Source of the DNA: Armatimonadia bacterium
GTDB lineage: Bacteria > Armatimonadota > Zipacnadia > Zipacnadales > UBA11051
NCBI GenBank assembly: GCA_039683575.1
Contig: JBDKRC010000193.1
Span: 1-15,088, forward strand
Direction: 5' to 3'
Length of the DNA: 15,088 bases
Position 1 is the stretch's first letter. Every line of letters begins with the position of its first letter. Shown piece by piece: positions 15,088 through 15,088 of this stretch. The position numbers and the translations under genes are program-made. The notes beneath the pieces were generated by a model. It ran no database searches and was not told the DNA's origin. It saw only the letters and a program-made list of their open reading frames with translations.

Positions 15088-15088
15088 A

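Overview
GC-rich bacterial chromosomal window made up mostly of housekeeping and carbohydrate-metabolism genes. The right part of the minus strand carries a 5'-truncated BNR-repeat beta-propeller protein, rplU-rpmA (near-consensus sigma70 promoter and intrinsic terminator), a flavin reductase and rfbB. The left part of the minus strand carries a Mth938-like protein, purM, a KDPG-aldolase-like gene, fchA, folD, a CPBP protease, a Gfo/Idh/MocA oxidoreductase and a 3'-truncated hypothetical gene missed by the ORF track. The plus strand carries a secreted DUF4838-like protein, a roadblock/LC7 protein and a complete IS481-family element (4480-5818) with TGT..ACA ends, tandem 19-bp end repeats and a 7-bp target duplication. 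Main observations: (1) the IS sits in the loop of a REP-like hairpin just upstream of fchA; (2) a REP doublet is read in frame inside a protein-coding gene; (3) several different REP-type families occur, and one supplies the rfbB stop codon; (4) FolD lacks both cyclohydrolase catalytic residues and lies next to a stand-alone cyclohydrolase; (5) there are two weak structured-RNA candidates. I found no CRISPR array, tRNA, rRNA, defence system or convincingly new multi-gene system. All family calls come from motif recognition by eye, not from database searches.
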